Part shown: one piece after another, positions 45,860-53,636 of the stretch | How positions within the stretch are numbered: position 1 is the first letter of the stretch | How the letters are laid out: the number at the start of each line of letters is the position of its first letter | Source of the DNA: Thermoplasmata archaeon | Lineage (GTDB): Archaea > Thermoplasmatota > Thermoplasmata > Lutacidiplasmatales > UBA184 | Length of the DNA: 64,000 nucleotides | Assembly: GCA_035504595.1 (NCBI GenBank) | Contig: DATJRQ010000018.1 | Location: forward strand, 80,143-144,142 | Reading direction: 5' to 3' | Notes under the pieces: model-generated | Told to the model about the DNA's origin: nothing | The model's database searches: none | The model's input: the letters and a program-made list of their open reading frames with translations, nothing else | Made by a program: the position numbers and the translations under genes

Positions 45860-46573
45860 ATGGCGACCCACCTTCGCATCAGTCTCACGATCCTCAGCAT
45901 GGGATTCGCGGTGGAAGGCATTGCCGAGCTGTACTCGCTCACCACGGCGGGCGCGCTCTTGCCCGGAACGAGTTGGCTGTTCCTCTTGCCGGCGCTCATC
46001 ACGGTCCTGGGCCTCCTGTTCATCCTGGTCGGAAAGCACGAGTGGGACGAGGTCCATCGGAATCGCGTGCACCGAGCCAATACGGTATTCGTGGCCAGTC
46101 TCGTGGCGGGGGTGGTCGCGATCCTCGAACTCGGGGCGCTCGCCCTCTACCCCGCCTTCGGAACCCCCTGGTGGGCGGAGCTCCTGTTCGGCGGGGCCGC
46201 CGCCGGCTTTGTCCTCGGAACCTTCGTCACGTACAGTCTGTTGGTCTTCCATCTAGTCCACACGCCGAGCAAGGGAGCGCTCGTCGCGGCGATGGCCTGG
46301 GCGCTCCTCGTCTCCGCATTCATCGGGGTCACCCTGGCCGCGGACCTTCCGTCGATCCTCGGGCTCATCCGGGCGAGGTCGTTGTCATTCGAGTCCCTGT
46401 TCGGGCCGATCGATTACCTCGTGTCGTTCCTGTTCCTCTCGTACTTCCTGCTGCTCGCGGCCTACGTGGATGCGCACGTCACGGTCGCGCGGGGGCTCCC
46501 GAGGAAGACCCGGCCGCGCGGGCCCCCGGGCGAAGGGCCGGCCCGGGCCCAGACCTCGAACATCGCGCGCTGA
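45860..46573 (+). CDS. integral membrane protein, unknown function
   Basis: Track ORF 45788..46573, start ATG 45860 (MATHLRISLT...). About 7 hydrophobic helices. Confidence 0.7.
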   Translation: MATHLRISLTILSMGFAVEGIAELYSLTTAGALLPGTSWLFLLPALITVLGLLFILVGKHEWDEVHRNRVHRANTVFVASLVAGVVAILELGALALYPAFGTPWWAELLFGGAAAGFVLGTFVTYSLLVFHLVHTPSKGALVAAMAWALLVSAFIGVTLAADLPSILGLIRARSLSFESLFGPIDYLVSFLFLSYFLLLAAYVDAHVTVARGLPRKTRPRGPPGEGPARAQTSNIAR

Positions 46574-46629
46574 ACTCGGGATCGCGATTTCCGGAGGAGG
46601 TTATACTGACCCGACCCGGGCGAATGCAC

Positions 46630-46659
46630 TTGTTCGACAGCTCTAAAAAACTGTTCGAC
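46630..46659 (+). repeat. two exact TGTTCGACA boxes, 21 nt apart (46630-46638, 46651-46659)
   Basis: Read directly from the sequence. They lie in the most A/T-rich intergenic stretch of the window. Confidence 0.85.
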
Positions 46660-46688
46660 ACGTCAGAAAAGTCCCAAACGCGACCTAA

Positions 46689-46696
46689 CTTTTTTT
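46689..46696 (+). terminator. oligo-T run (T8), archaeal-type terminator candidate
   Basis: The only T8 run I saw in the window. It lies 116 nt after the stop of the 45860..46573 gene and upstream of the RHH gene promoter. Confidence 0.4.
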
Positions 46697-46719
46697 TCGC
46701 GTCAGTCCAACGTGCGTTT

Positions 46720-46728
46720 GTTTAAGTA
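46720..46728 (+). promoter_or_regulatory. TATA-like box TTTAAGTAT
   Basis: Located 23-31 nt upstream of GTG 46751 of the RHH gene. Confidence 0.5.
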
Positions 46729-46750
46729 TCAGGAATCTACATGCCTCAGC

Positions 46751-47257
46751 GTGGCCGTGTTCGACAAGTCCGCATCGCGTCCCGGGGCGCCCGTTCGGGC
46801 GCCGGACGAGCGCGGAACCGACACGGAAGACGCGCGCATCGCCCTACGGTGCAACCTGAAGGAGCTTCGGCTGGTCGACTCGTTCGTCGGCAACGGCGAG
46901 TTCGAGTCCCGCTCGGAGCTCATGCGGGCGGCGCTGCACGCGTTTCTCCGGTCGCACGCCCTGTCGACCGCGCCCACGCCCCCCGTAGATGCCGAGGGCC
47001 TCGTCGAGGTCCCCGTGCGCCTGCGGCCCGACGAGTACGCCGACTTCGAGGCCTACGCCCGGCACGTCGCGAACGGACAATCGGTGAGGGACCTCCTCGC
47101 CCAGATCGTCCGGCACGGCGAGGCCGAGATGAAGGTCCACGAGCTCGCAGCCCGAGCTCGCGCAACGGTGCGCGAAGCGGTCGAAAACCGGGCCAGCGCG
47201 GGAGCTCTCCAGGAGAGCGGCAAGGACCTGGAGCGGAAGGGGGTCGTCGGGCGCTAG
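46751..47257 (+). CDS. tandem ribbon-helix-helix (CopG/Arc/MetJ-like) DNA-binding protein
   Basis: Track ORF 46712..47257, preferred leaderless start GTG 46751. RHH-1 is IALRCNLKELRLVDSFVGNGEFESRSELMRAALHAFL. RHH-2 is VPVRLRPDEYADFEAYARHVANGQSVRDLLAQIVRHG, followed by a helical C-terminal tail. Confidence 0.7.
   Translation: MAVFDKSASRPGAPVRAPDERGTDTEDARIALRCNLKELRLVDSFVGNGEFESRSELMRAALHAFLRSHALSTAPTPPVDAEGLVEVPVRLRPDEYADFEAYARHVANGQSVRDLLAQIVRHGEAEMKVHELAARARATVREAVENRASAGALQESGKDLERKGVVGR
46757..46765 (+). repeat. third exact TGTTCGACA box, overlapping codons 3-5 of the RHH gene
   Basis: Read directly. It lies 106 nt (about 5 x 21) downstream of the second box. Confidence 0.8.
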
Positions 47258-47298
47258 ACGGGCGGAGGACGAGATCGAAGGCGGCACGAGGGGGGGTT

Positions 47299-48222
47299 GT
47301 GGGAGTCTACGAGGCCGAGCGGGTACAGAGCGACCGAAACTCCGCGCCGGGATACGGCGAGCCGATCGAGGACGGCGGGTACGACAACCTGCGCCTCGGG
47401 CAGGACGTTCGATTCGTCCTGGTCGCAGTCGGCGGGGGAGCGATCCGGGTCGGAAGGGAGATCGCGCGTCGCCACATCCGCCATCTCGAGACCGTTGCGA
47501 TCAATTGCGACCCCAAGGTCCAGGGATTCGATGACTACGACCGCCGCGTCTACCTGGGGCCCGACTCGGGCGCCGAGGTCGACACCGGCGGCTCCGCGGT
47601 CGTCGGAGGGGTTCTCGCGCGCGCGGCCGAGCCGGCGCTCGAGCGGATCTTCCATGGGGCCACGTTCGTCATCCTCGTCGGGAGCCTGGGCGGCGGCGCC
47701 GGCAGCGGGGCGTTCCCGTACCTGCTCGACGTAGCCTGCCGTCACTCCGAGGTCCTGAGCGCCTTCGTGATCAAGCCGTTCCGGTGCGAGGGGGAGCGCC
47801 GTGCGCTCGCCGACCGGACGATCGCGCGCCTGCAGTTCGTCGACTCGTTCGTCGAGCGCCAGGAGAGCGGACATGCGTCGCTCTCGACGCTCGACAACGA
47901 GTCCCTCGCCCGCGCCCAGGGCCATCTCGCGTTCCATGAGGTGAGCCGCCACTGGGCGGGCGTCATCGAGCGGCACATCGAGACGTCCTTCGTCGCCCCG
48001 GTCGAGGCGCTGGTCGAAGCCGTGCAGATGACCCGCGTCGCCACCGAGCTTCCCATGAACCGGCTGCCCGAGGCCGAGGCCCCGGCGCTGGGCGGCTATC
48101 CCCCCGCACCTCCGTCGGGACCCGATTTTCCGCCGCTGCTCCCGGCCGCGACGGGTCGGCCCGCCGAGGTCGAGCTGACGTTCGAGGTCGAGCCCCAGGC
48201 TCGACCCGTCAGTCCGTCGTAG
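47299..48222 (+). CDS. FtsZ/tubulin-superfamily GTPase lacking the FtsZ C-terminal domain (307 aa)
   Basis: Last 307 codons of track ORF 46741..48222, from GTG 47299 preceded by GAGGGGGG. FVLVAVGGGAIRVG matches the FtsZ T1 region and TVAINCDPKV matches FFAVNTDAQA. FVILVGSLGGGAGSGAFPYLLDVA matches the GGGTG(S/T)G signature, and SAFVIKPFRCEGERR matches VVTKPFNFEGKKR. A Pro-rich tail ends in VELTFEVE. Confidence 0.8.
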   Translation: MGVYEAERVQSDRNSAPGYGEPIEDGGYDNLRLGQDVRFVLVAVGGGAIRVGREIARRHIRHLETVAINCDPKVQGFDDYDRRVYLGPDSGAEVDTGGSAVVGGVLARAAEPALERIFHGATFVILVGSLGGGAGSGAFPYLLDVACRHSEVLSAFVIKPFRCEGERRALADRTIARLQFVDSFVERQESGHASLSTLDNESLARAQGHLAFHEVSRHWAGVIERHIETSFVAPVEALVEAVQMTRVATELPMNRLPEAEAPALGGYPPAPPSGPDFPPLLPAATGRPAEVELTFEVEPQARPVSPS

Positions 48223-48291
48223 CGGCGCGGGGTGCGGGTCGCGCGGCCCGCCCTCAGGGCTTATGAACGGAACCGCTTCCCGTCTTCCGCC

Positions 48292-48468
48292 ATGAACGGT
48301 CGGTGGGTCACGGTCCTGCTGCTGTGGGTCGTGCCCGCCGTGGCGATCGGCGCCACGGTCGCCTGGTTCAACTCGAACCCGCTCGCGATCATGATCGCGC
48401 TGTCCGCGATGATCCTCGGGGCGCTGTATCTGTTGACCTACAGCGAGCGGTTCGGCGCCGCCGGATAG
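48292..48468 (+). CDS. 58-aa two-helix membrane mini-protein
   Basis: Internal ATG of track ORF 48232..48468: MNGRWVTVLLLWVVPAVAIGATVAWFNSNPLAIMIALSAMILGALYLLTYSERFGAAG. Confidence 0.55.
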   Translation: MNGRWVTVLLLWVVPAVAIGATVAWFNSNPLAIMIALSAMILGALYLLTYSERFGAAG

Positions 48469-48475
48469 TCGCGTT

Positions 48476-49273
48476 CTACCGGTACATCTCCGGCGACGGC
48501 GGCACCTCGGAGGGGGCCCCGGCGTTCGCGCTGGCGGTCGATTGGGATTTCATGACCGCGCGGAGCGCCTTCTCGATCTGCTCGGCCTGAGCGCGGAGCG
48601 GTCGAGTGTCGATCTGCAGTTCGGGTAGCACGCGGTCGAGCGTCTCGATCAACGCCGCGCCGGCACGGTGGTCGGGCAACCCCTCGGCGACGCGCGCGCT
48701 GACGAGCAGCACCGCGATCGGAACCCGGCGGCTCATGCCGCGGACGAGCATCGCGCCCGACACGCCCCCGATGACGCCCTCCTCGAGCGCCCGGGTGCGG
48801 GCCGCGGCGAACGCCTTCGCGAAATCGGGGTCCTTCCGGGCGAACGCGACCCATACCTGCTCGTCGGAGGGTGCCTCGTCCCCCGGCGTCTCGGGCTCGT
48901 CGTCCTCCGGGTGGGGCACGACCCCCTCGAGGCAGATGATCATCCGTGCCTCTCGCCGCTCGGCGGCGTCCAGGATCGTCGACGCGATCCCGTTCGCCTG
49001 GCTGGGCGACGGGGGGAATTCGGAGAGGACCAACGCGAGGTCGGGGCGACCGTAGACCCGGATCGTAGGGTTCACGACCCCACCGGACACGACCGCGATC
49101 GGCGGGAGGTCGGGGGACTCGAACCGGGCGATCCGCGGCAGTTGGAGGACTCGCAGAATGTAGTGAGCGGCGACGATCGTGGCGAGCCCGGCGCTCGGGA
49201 ACGCCGATAGCACGACCGACCCCCTGGCGAACGCCGCATCGGCCGCCGACTCGTCGCGCCACGTGAATTCCAT
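48476..49273 (-). CDS. PAC2-family proteasome assembly chaperone (PbaA/PbaB-like)
   Basis: Track ORF of ~265 aa with PAC2/DUF75-like N-terminus (VLSAFPSAGLATIVAAHYIL). The C-terminal HbYX-type tripeptide (M-Y-R) is characteristic of proteasome alpha-ring binders. Confidence 0.8.
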   Translation of the reverse strand: MEFTWRDESAADAAFARGSVVLSAFPSAGLATIVAAHYILRVLQLPRIARFESPDLPPIAVVSGGVVNPTIRVYGRPDLALVLSEFPPSPSQANGIASTILDAAERREARMIICLEGVVPHPEDDEPETPGDEAPSDEQVWVAFARKDPDFAKAFAAARTRALEEGVIGGVSGAMLVRGMSRRVPIAVLLVSARVAEGLPDHRAGAALIETLDRVLPELQIDTRPLRAQAEQIEKALRAVMKSQSTASANAGAPSEVPPSPEMYR

Positions 49274-49394
49274 GCGTACCGGGGGGTCCGAAGCCGTCCC
49301 GGCTCTTTAACGCGCCCGCACCGGTCGGGGGTCAGACCCCCCGCGCCGCGTGAGGACGGTAATTCCAAGTACTCCGCGCCACTGCGACGCCGAC

Positions 49395-50429
49395 GTGGGG
49401 CTTCCCCTCAAGGACCTCGTCGCCGCGCAGGAGCTTTCGTGGGACGCCCTGGCGGGGCGGACTCTCGCAGTCGACGGATTCAACGCCGCCTATCAGTTCC
49501 TCGCGACGATCCGCCAGCGAGACGGCCAGCTGTTCACGGACCCCGCCGGGAAGGTCACCAGTCACCTGATGGGCACCTTCTACCGTACGACGTCCCTGCT
49601 GCAGCAGGGGGTGCTCCCGGTATGGGTCTTCGACGGGAAACCTCCCGAGCGAAAGGCCGGCACGATCCGACAGCGGATCGCCGCGAAGGAGAAGGCGGAA
49701 GGAGAGTACCGGGAGGCCCTCGCCGCTGGGGACCTTGAGACCGCCCGGCGGAAGGCCGCGCAGACCTCCCGTCTGACCCGCCCGATGGTCGACGAACTCG
49801 TCGAGCTGCTGGGCGCGATGGGGGTGCCGACGGTGCAAGCCCCGGGCGAAGGGGAGGCGCAGTCGGCCGTGATGGCCGCGCAGGGCACCGTCTGGGCGAG
49901 CGCCTCGGAGGATTACGACACCCTCCTGTTCGGCGCGCCCCGCCTCGTCCGGGGGCTCGCGGCTCGGGGCCGCGGAGGGGCGACCCCCGGCGCCCAGTTC
50001 GTCGACCGGGCGGAGCTCCTCGCGACCCTCGGGATCGACGGGGAGGAACTGATCACGCTCGGGATCATCATCGGCACCGACTTCAACGACGGCGTGCGGG
50101 GGTATGGCCCCAAGAAGGCGCTGAAGGCGGTCCGGGAGCACCTGGGGTTCCGCGCTACGGTCGAGAAGCTGGGCCTCGACCTCGCGGAGGCTGACGCGGT
50201 CGCCGAGATCTTCCGCCACCCGACCTCTATGACCGTACCGGCGCCCGCGTTCGGACCGGTCAACGAGGAAGCGGTCCGACGGATCCTCGTGGATGGCCAC
50301 GGCTTCTCGGAGGAACGCGTCCGGGCCGCGATCGCTCGGGCCCGCCAGCGGCCGCGCGTCGCCGCGTCACCCGCCGAGGCGAAGAGTCATCAGACCCTGC
50401 TCGACACGTTCGGCGGGGGTGGGGAATGA
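49395..50429 (+). CDS. fen: flap endonuclease 1
   Basis: Track ORF 49350..50429, start GTG 49395 (VGLPLKDLV...). AVDGFNAAYQFL, VWVFDGKPPERK, GEGEAQ and SEDYDTLLFGAP are present. Confidence 0.95.
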   Translation: MGLPLKDLVAAQELSWDALAGRTLAVDGFNAAYQFLATIRQRDGQLFTDPAGKVTSHLMGTFYRTTSLLQQGVLPVWVFDGKPPERKAGTIRQRIAAKEKAEGEYREALAAGDLETARRKAAQTSRLTRPMVDELVELLGAMGVPTVQAPGEGEAQSAVMAAQGTVWASASEDYDTLLFGAPRLVRGLAARGRGGATPGAQFVDRAELLATLGIDGEELITLGIIIGTDFNDGVRGYGPKKALKAVREHLGFRATVEKLGLDLAEADAVAEIFRHPTSMTVPAPAFGPVNEEAVRRILVDGHGFSEERVRAAIARARQRPRVAASPAEAKSHQTLLDTFGGGGE

Positions 50430-51898
50430 GCCGGTTCGAGTGCGTGCCCAATTTTTCCGAGGGCCGGGACGCCGCGAAGGTCGCTCGCATCGCCGACGCC
50501 GCGCGCGAGGTCGCGGGCGTTACCGTGCTGGACGTCGAGAGCGACCCGGCCCACCACCGATCGGTCATCAGCCTGGTCGGGGAGGGGGACGCCCTGCTCG
50601 ACGCGGTGCTGCGGATGATGAAGGTCGCCACCGCGACGATCGACCTCACCCAGCACCACGGCGAGCACCCCCGCATGGGAGCGACCGATGTCGTCCCGTT
50701 CGTGCCGCTCGGGGAAGCGACCATGGCGGAGGCGATCCGGCTCGCCGAGAGACTGGGCGAACGGGTCGGGGCCGAACTCGGCATCCCGGTGTACCTGTAC
50801 GGCGCTGCGGCCCGGCGGCCCGACCGCGCCGATCTCGCCAAGGTGCGGGAGGGCCAGTTCGAGGGCATCCGTGATACGATCGGAACGGAGCCGTCGCGCG
50901 CGCCCGATTTCGGACCGGCGAGCGTCCATCCCACCGCGGGCGCGGTCGCGATCGGCGCCCGACCGGTCCTGATCGCCTACAACGCGTACCTGACCACTCC
51001 CGACGTCGCCGTCGCCAAGCGGATCGCCAAAGCGGTGCGGGCGCGGGACGGCGGACTCCCCGAGGTGAAGGCGCTCGGGTTCGACATCCCGGAGCGTCAC
51101 CGTGCCCAGGTGTCGATGAACCTCACGGACTACCGCACCACCCCGATCCATCGGGCCCTCGAAGCGGTGCGCCGTGAAGCGCAACGGTACGGGGTCGGCG
51201 TCGAGGAGTCCGAGATCGTCGGGCTCGTGCCCGAGGATGCGCTGTTCGACGCCGCCGAGTACTATCTTCAGCTCCATGCCTTCCGCCGCGATGCGATCCT
51301 CGAGCGAAAGGTCCGGTCGCTCGACGCCGGTCCCCGCGCGGAGAGCCTGGCCCACTTCACCGACCGACTCGCGGCCCGCACGCCGACCCCGGGCGGGGGC
51401 AGCGCCTCGGCGGCCGCGGCGGCGCTCGGTGCGGCTCTCGGAGAGATGGTGCTCGCGTACTCCCTCGACGCGAAGAGCCCGGCCCCCGACCTCCTCGCCG
51501 TGCACCGCCGGTTGACCGACGGTCGCCATCGGATGCTCGAGCTCGTCGAGGAGGACGCCGGCGCCTACGAGGCCGTCCGGACGGCGAAACGGGCCCGAAA
51601 GGAGAAACCCGGCGAGACGGCGACCGAGGCGGCGTATCTCGCGGCCCTGCGGGGGGCCGCGTCCGTTCCCCTCGAGACCGCCCGGCTGGCGACCGACCTC
51701 GCGGTCGCGCTGGAAGCGGTACGCGCCCGAACGAAGACGGCTCTCGCCAGCGATTTTGTCAGCGCTCTGGCGCTGTTCCGGGCCGCGACGGAAGGAGCCC
51801 TCGCGAACGTGGCGATCAACCTCGACGACCTCCGGGCAGCGGGCGTCCCGACCGCGGAGGTCGAACGCGAGGTCGCCCGCCTCCGGCCCCCGGGATAG
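50426..51898 (+). CDS. glutamate formimidoyltransferase fused to formiminotetrahydrofolate cyclodeaminase-like domain
   Basis: Track ORF with N-terminus ECVPNFSEGRD...HHRSV typical of the FT domain. The C-terminal ~180 aa are helical and cyclodeaminase-like (TPGGGSASAAAAALGAALGEMV). ATGA overlap with the fen stop. Confidence 0.85.
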   Translation: MSRFECVPNFSEGRDAAKVARIADAAREVAGVTVLDVESDPAHHRSVISLVGEGDALLDAVLRMMKVATATIDLTQHHGEHPRMGATDVVPFVPLGEATMAEAIRLAERLGERVGAELGIPVYLYGAAARRPDRADLAKVREGQFEGIRDTIGTEPSRAPDFGPASVHPTAGAVAIGARPVLIAYNAYLTTPDVAVAKRIAKAVRARDGGLPEVKALGFDIPERHRAQVSMNLTDYRTTPIHRALEAVRREAQRYGVGVEESEIVGLVPEDALFDAAEYYLQLHAFRRDAILERKVRSLDAGPRAESLAHFTDRLAARTPTPGGGSASAAAAALGAALGEMVLAYSLDAKSPAPDLLAVHRRLTDGRHRMLELVEEDAGAYEAVRTAKRARKEKPGETATEAAYLAALRGAASVPLETARLATDLAVALEAVRARTKTALASDFVSALALFRAATEGALANVAINLDDLRAAGVPTAEVEREVARLRPPG

Positions 51899-51903
51899 AC
51901 CGC

Positions 51904-52635
51904 ATGGCGACCTCGGATAACTCGGCACGTGCGGTCCGTCCGGCGGTCTGGGTGAACTGCGCTGCATCGGCCGACGGTCGGCTGGCGTTCGCGCACGGGA
52001 CCCGGGCGGTCCTCTCGTCGCCGGAGGACCTTCGCCGCGTGCAGCAGTTGCGGGCGAACGCGGACGCGATCCTCGTGGGCGTCGGCACCGTGATCCAGGA
52101 TGACCCCTCGCTCCGCGTGCACTGGGAGCTGCTCGAACGTCCGGAGGGACCGGCGCCGACTCGGGTCGTCGTCGATTCGACCGGTCGCACGCCCGACACC
52201 GCGCGGCTGCTCGACCGGTCCGCACCGACCATCGTCGGTACGACGACCCGCTCGACCCGCAAGTTTCCCGACCACGTGCGGACGGTCGTCGCCGGCACGC
52301 TGAACGTCGACCTGAGCGAGCTGTTCGTGCGGCTGTACCAGATGGGGATCCGACGGCTGATGGTCGAGGGCGGCGCGGACATCCTGGCGAGCGTGCTGCG
52401 GGAGGGCCTGTTCGACCGGTGGACGGTCTACTACGCGCCCGCGGTGATCGGCGGTATCACCGCCCCGCCCATCGTCCGGGGACCGGAGTCGAGCGGCCCC
52501 GACGACTGGCTGCGACTCGAGCTCGCGGGCGTCGAGCGGGTCGGCGAGGGGTACGTCGCGACGTACCTGCCCGCCCGCCGCAACGCATCCGTTAAGCCCG
52601 AGCGCGGTTCCCCCGCCCCGGAGAACGTCCCGTGA
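51904..52635 (+). CDS. 2,5-diamino-6-ribosylamino-4(3H)-pyrimidinone 5'-phosphate reductase (RibD C-terminal/Rib7-like, archaeal riboflavin pathway)
   Basis: Track ORF with a DHFR-like reductase pattern: VNCAASADGRLA, DAILVGVGTVIQDDPSLRV, and LMVEGGADILASVLREGLFD. Confidence 0.8.
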   Translation: MATSDNSARAVRPAVWVNCAASADGRLAFAHGTRAVLSSPEDLRRVQQLRANADAILVGVGTVIQDDPSLRVHWELLERPEGPAPTRVVVDSTGRTPDTARLLDRSAPTIVGTTTRSTRKFPDHVRTVVAGTLNVDLSELFVRLYQMGIRRLMVEGGADILASVLREGLFDRWTVYYAPAVIGGITAPPIVRGPESSGPDDWLRLELAGVERVGEGYVATYLPARRNASVKPERGSPAPENVP

Positions 52636-53636
52636 AGCTCGTGCACTTCACCCTCGCCGATCAGTTCCACTTCGGGATGATGACCGACGCGAACGAGTTC
52701 CTCGACCTCGACACGGCCTGCCGCGACTACTTCGGCGTCAACCCGGTCAAGGGGGCCGACCCGAGCCGGTTCCGCGACATGCAGCAGTTCTTCCAGGGCG
52801 GCTCCGACTCGGTCCAGATCACGAAGAAGATCCTGGAGTACATCGACCGCCGGCGCCAGATGGGGTGGACACCGCGGGCGGCGACGGGTGCGCGCTTCCT
52901 GTTCAAGGCCGAAGAAGGGATCCGCCTCCTCGCCCCGGTCGTGCGGGGCGCGAAGATCTACTGCCTCGCCGGGAATTCCAAGAGCCACCTCGCCGAGCAG
53001 AAGAAGGCCGCCCCGAAGCAACCGTACTTCTTCACGCGTTTCGCGAACAGCCTGGCCGGCCCGAGCGAGTCGCTGTTCCTCAACCCGGCCGGCGCCTTCC
53101 CGGACGTCGAACTCGAGCTCGCGGCGGTGATCGGCAAGAAGGGCAAGCATATCCCGGCCGCGAACGCAATGGAGCATGTGGCCGGCTACACGATCGCGTT
53201 CGACCTGGGCTACCGCGACCTGCAGTACCCCGCGGAGGGCCCCACCGACTGGGTGATGGGGAAAGGGTTCGACACGACCATGGGCGTCGGTCCCTGGGTC
53301 GTCCCCAAAGAAGAGGTCGGCGACGTCTACCCGCTGCGGATGGAGCTCAAGGTCAATGGCACGGTCCGCCAGCAGGGCGACACCAACGACTACGTGTTCC
53401 GGATCCCCCAGATCCTCGCCCACCTGTCCACCGGGATCACCCTCGAGGCGGGCGACGTGATCTCCCTCGGGAGCCTCGGCGGAGTGCCGGGCTTTGAGTT
53501 CGGCAACGAGTCGCGGAAGCTGAAAGCGGGCGACACGGTCGAGGGCCAGATCGAGAAGATCGGCCGCCTCGTCATGCCGGTGAAGTCGGAAGTACCGCTT
53601 CTCCCCGCAGCACCAGAAAAAGCGCCAGCGGCGTAG
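52632..53636 (+). CDS. fumarylacetoacetate hydrolase (FAH) family protein
   Basis: Track ORF with FAH-fold blocks VELELAAVIGKKG, GYTIAFDL and KGFDT, plus LEAGDVISLGS. GTGA overlap with the previous stop. Confidence 0.85.
   Translation: MKLVHFTLADQFHFGMMTDANEFLDLDTACRDYFGVNPVKGADPSRFRDMQQFFQGGSDSVQITKKILEYIDRRRQMGWTPRAATGARFLFKAEEGIRLLAPVVRGAKIYCLAGNSKSHLAEQKKAAPKQPYFFTRFANSLAGPSESLFLNPAGAFPDVELELAAVIGKKGKHIPAANAMEHVAGYTIAFDLGYRDLQYPAEGPTDWVMGKGFDTTMGVGPWVVPKEEVGDVYPLRMELKVNGTVRQQGDTNDYVFRIPQILAHLSTGITLEAGDVISLGSLGGVPGFEFGNESRKLKAGDTVEGQIEKIGRLVMPVKSEVPLLPAAPEKAPAA

Noticed and set aside
46574-48468. Integrated plasmid or mobile island hypothesis for the RHH/FtsZ-like cassette
   Set aside because: No integrase, transposase, flanking direct repeats or tRNA target was seen. 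Codon usage and GC of the three genes look like the rest of the window. A chromosomal module seems more likely, though a search is needed.
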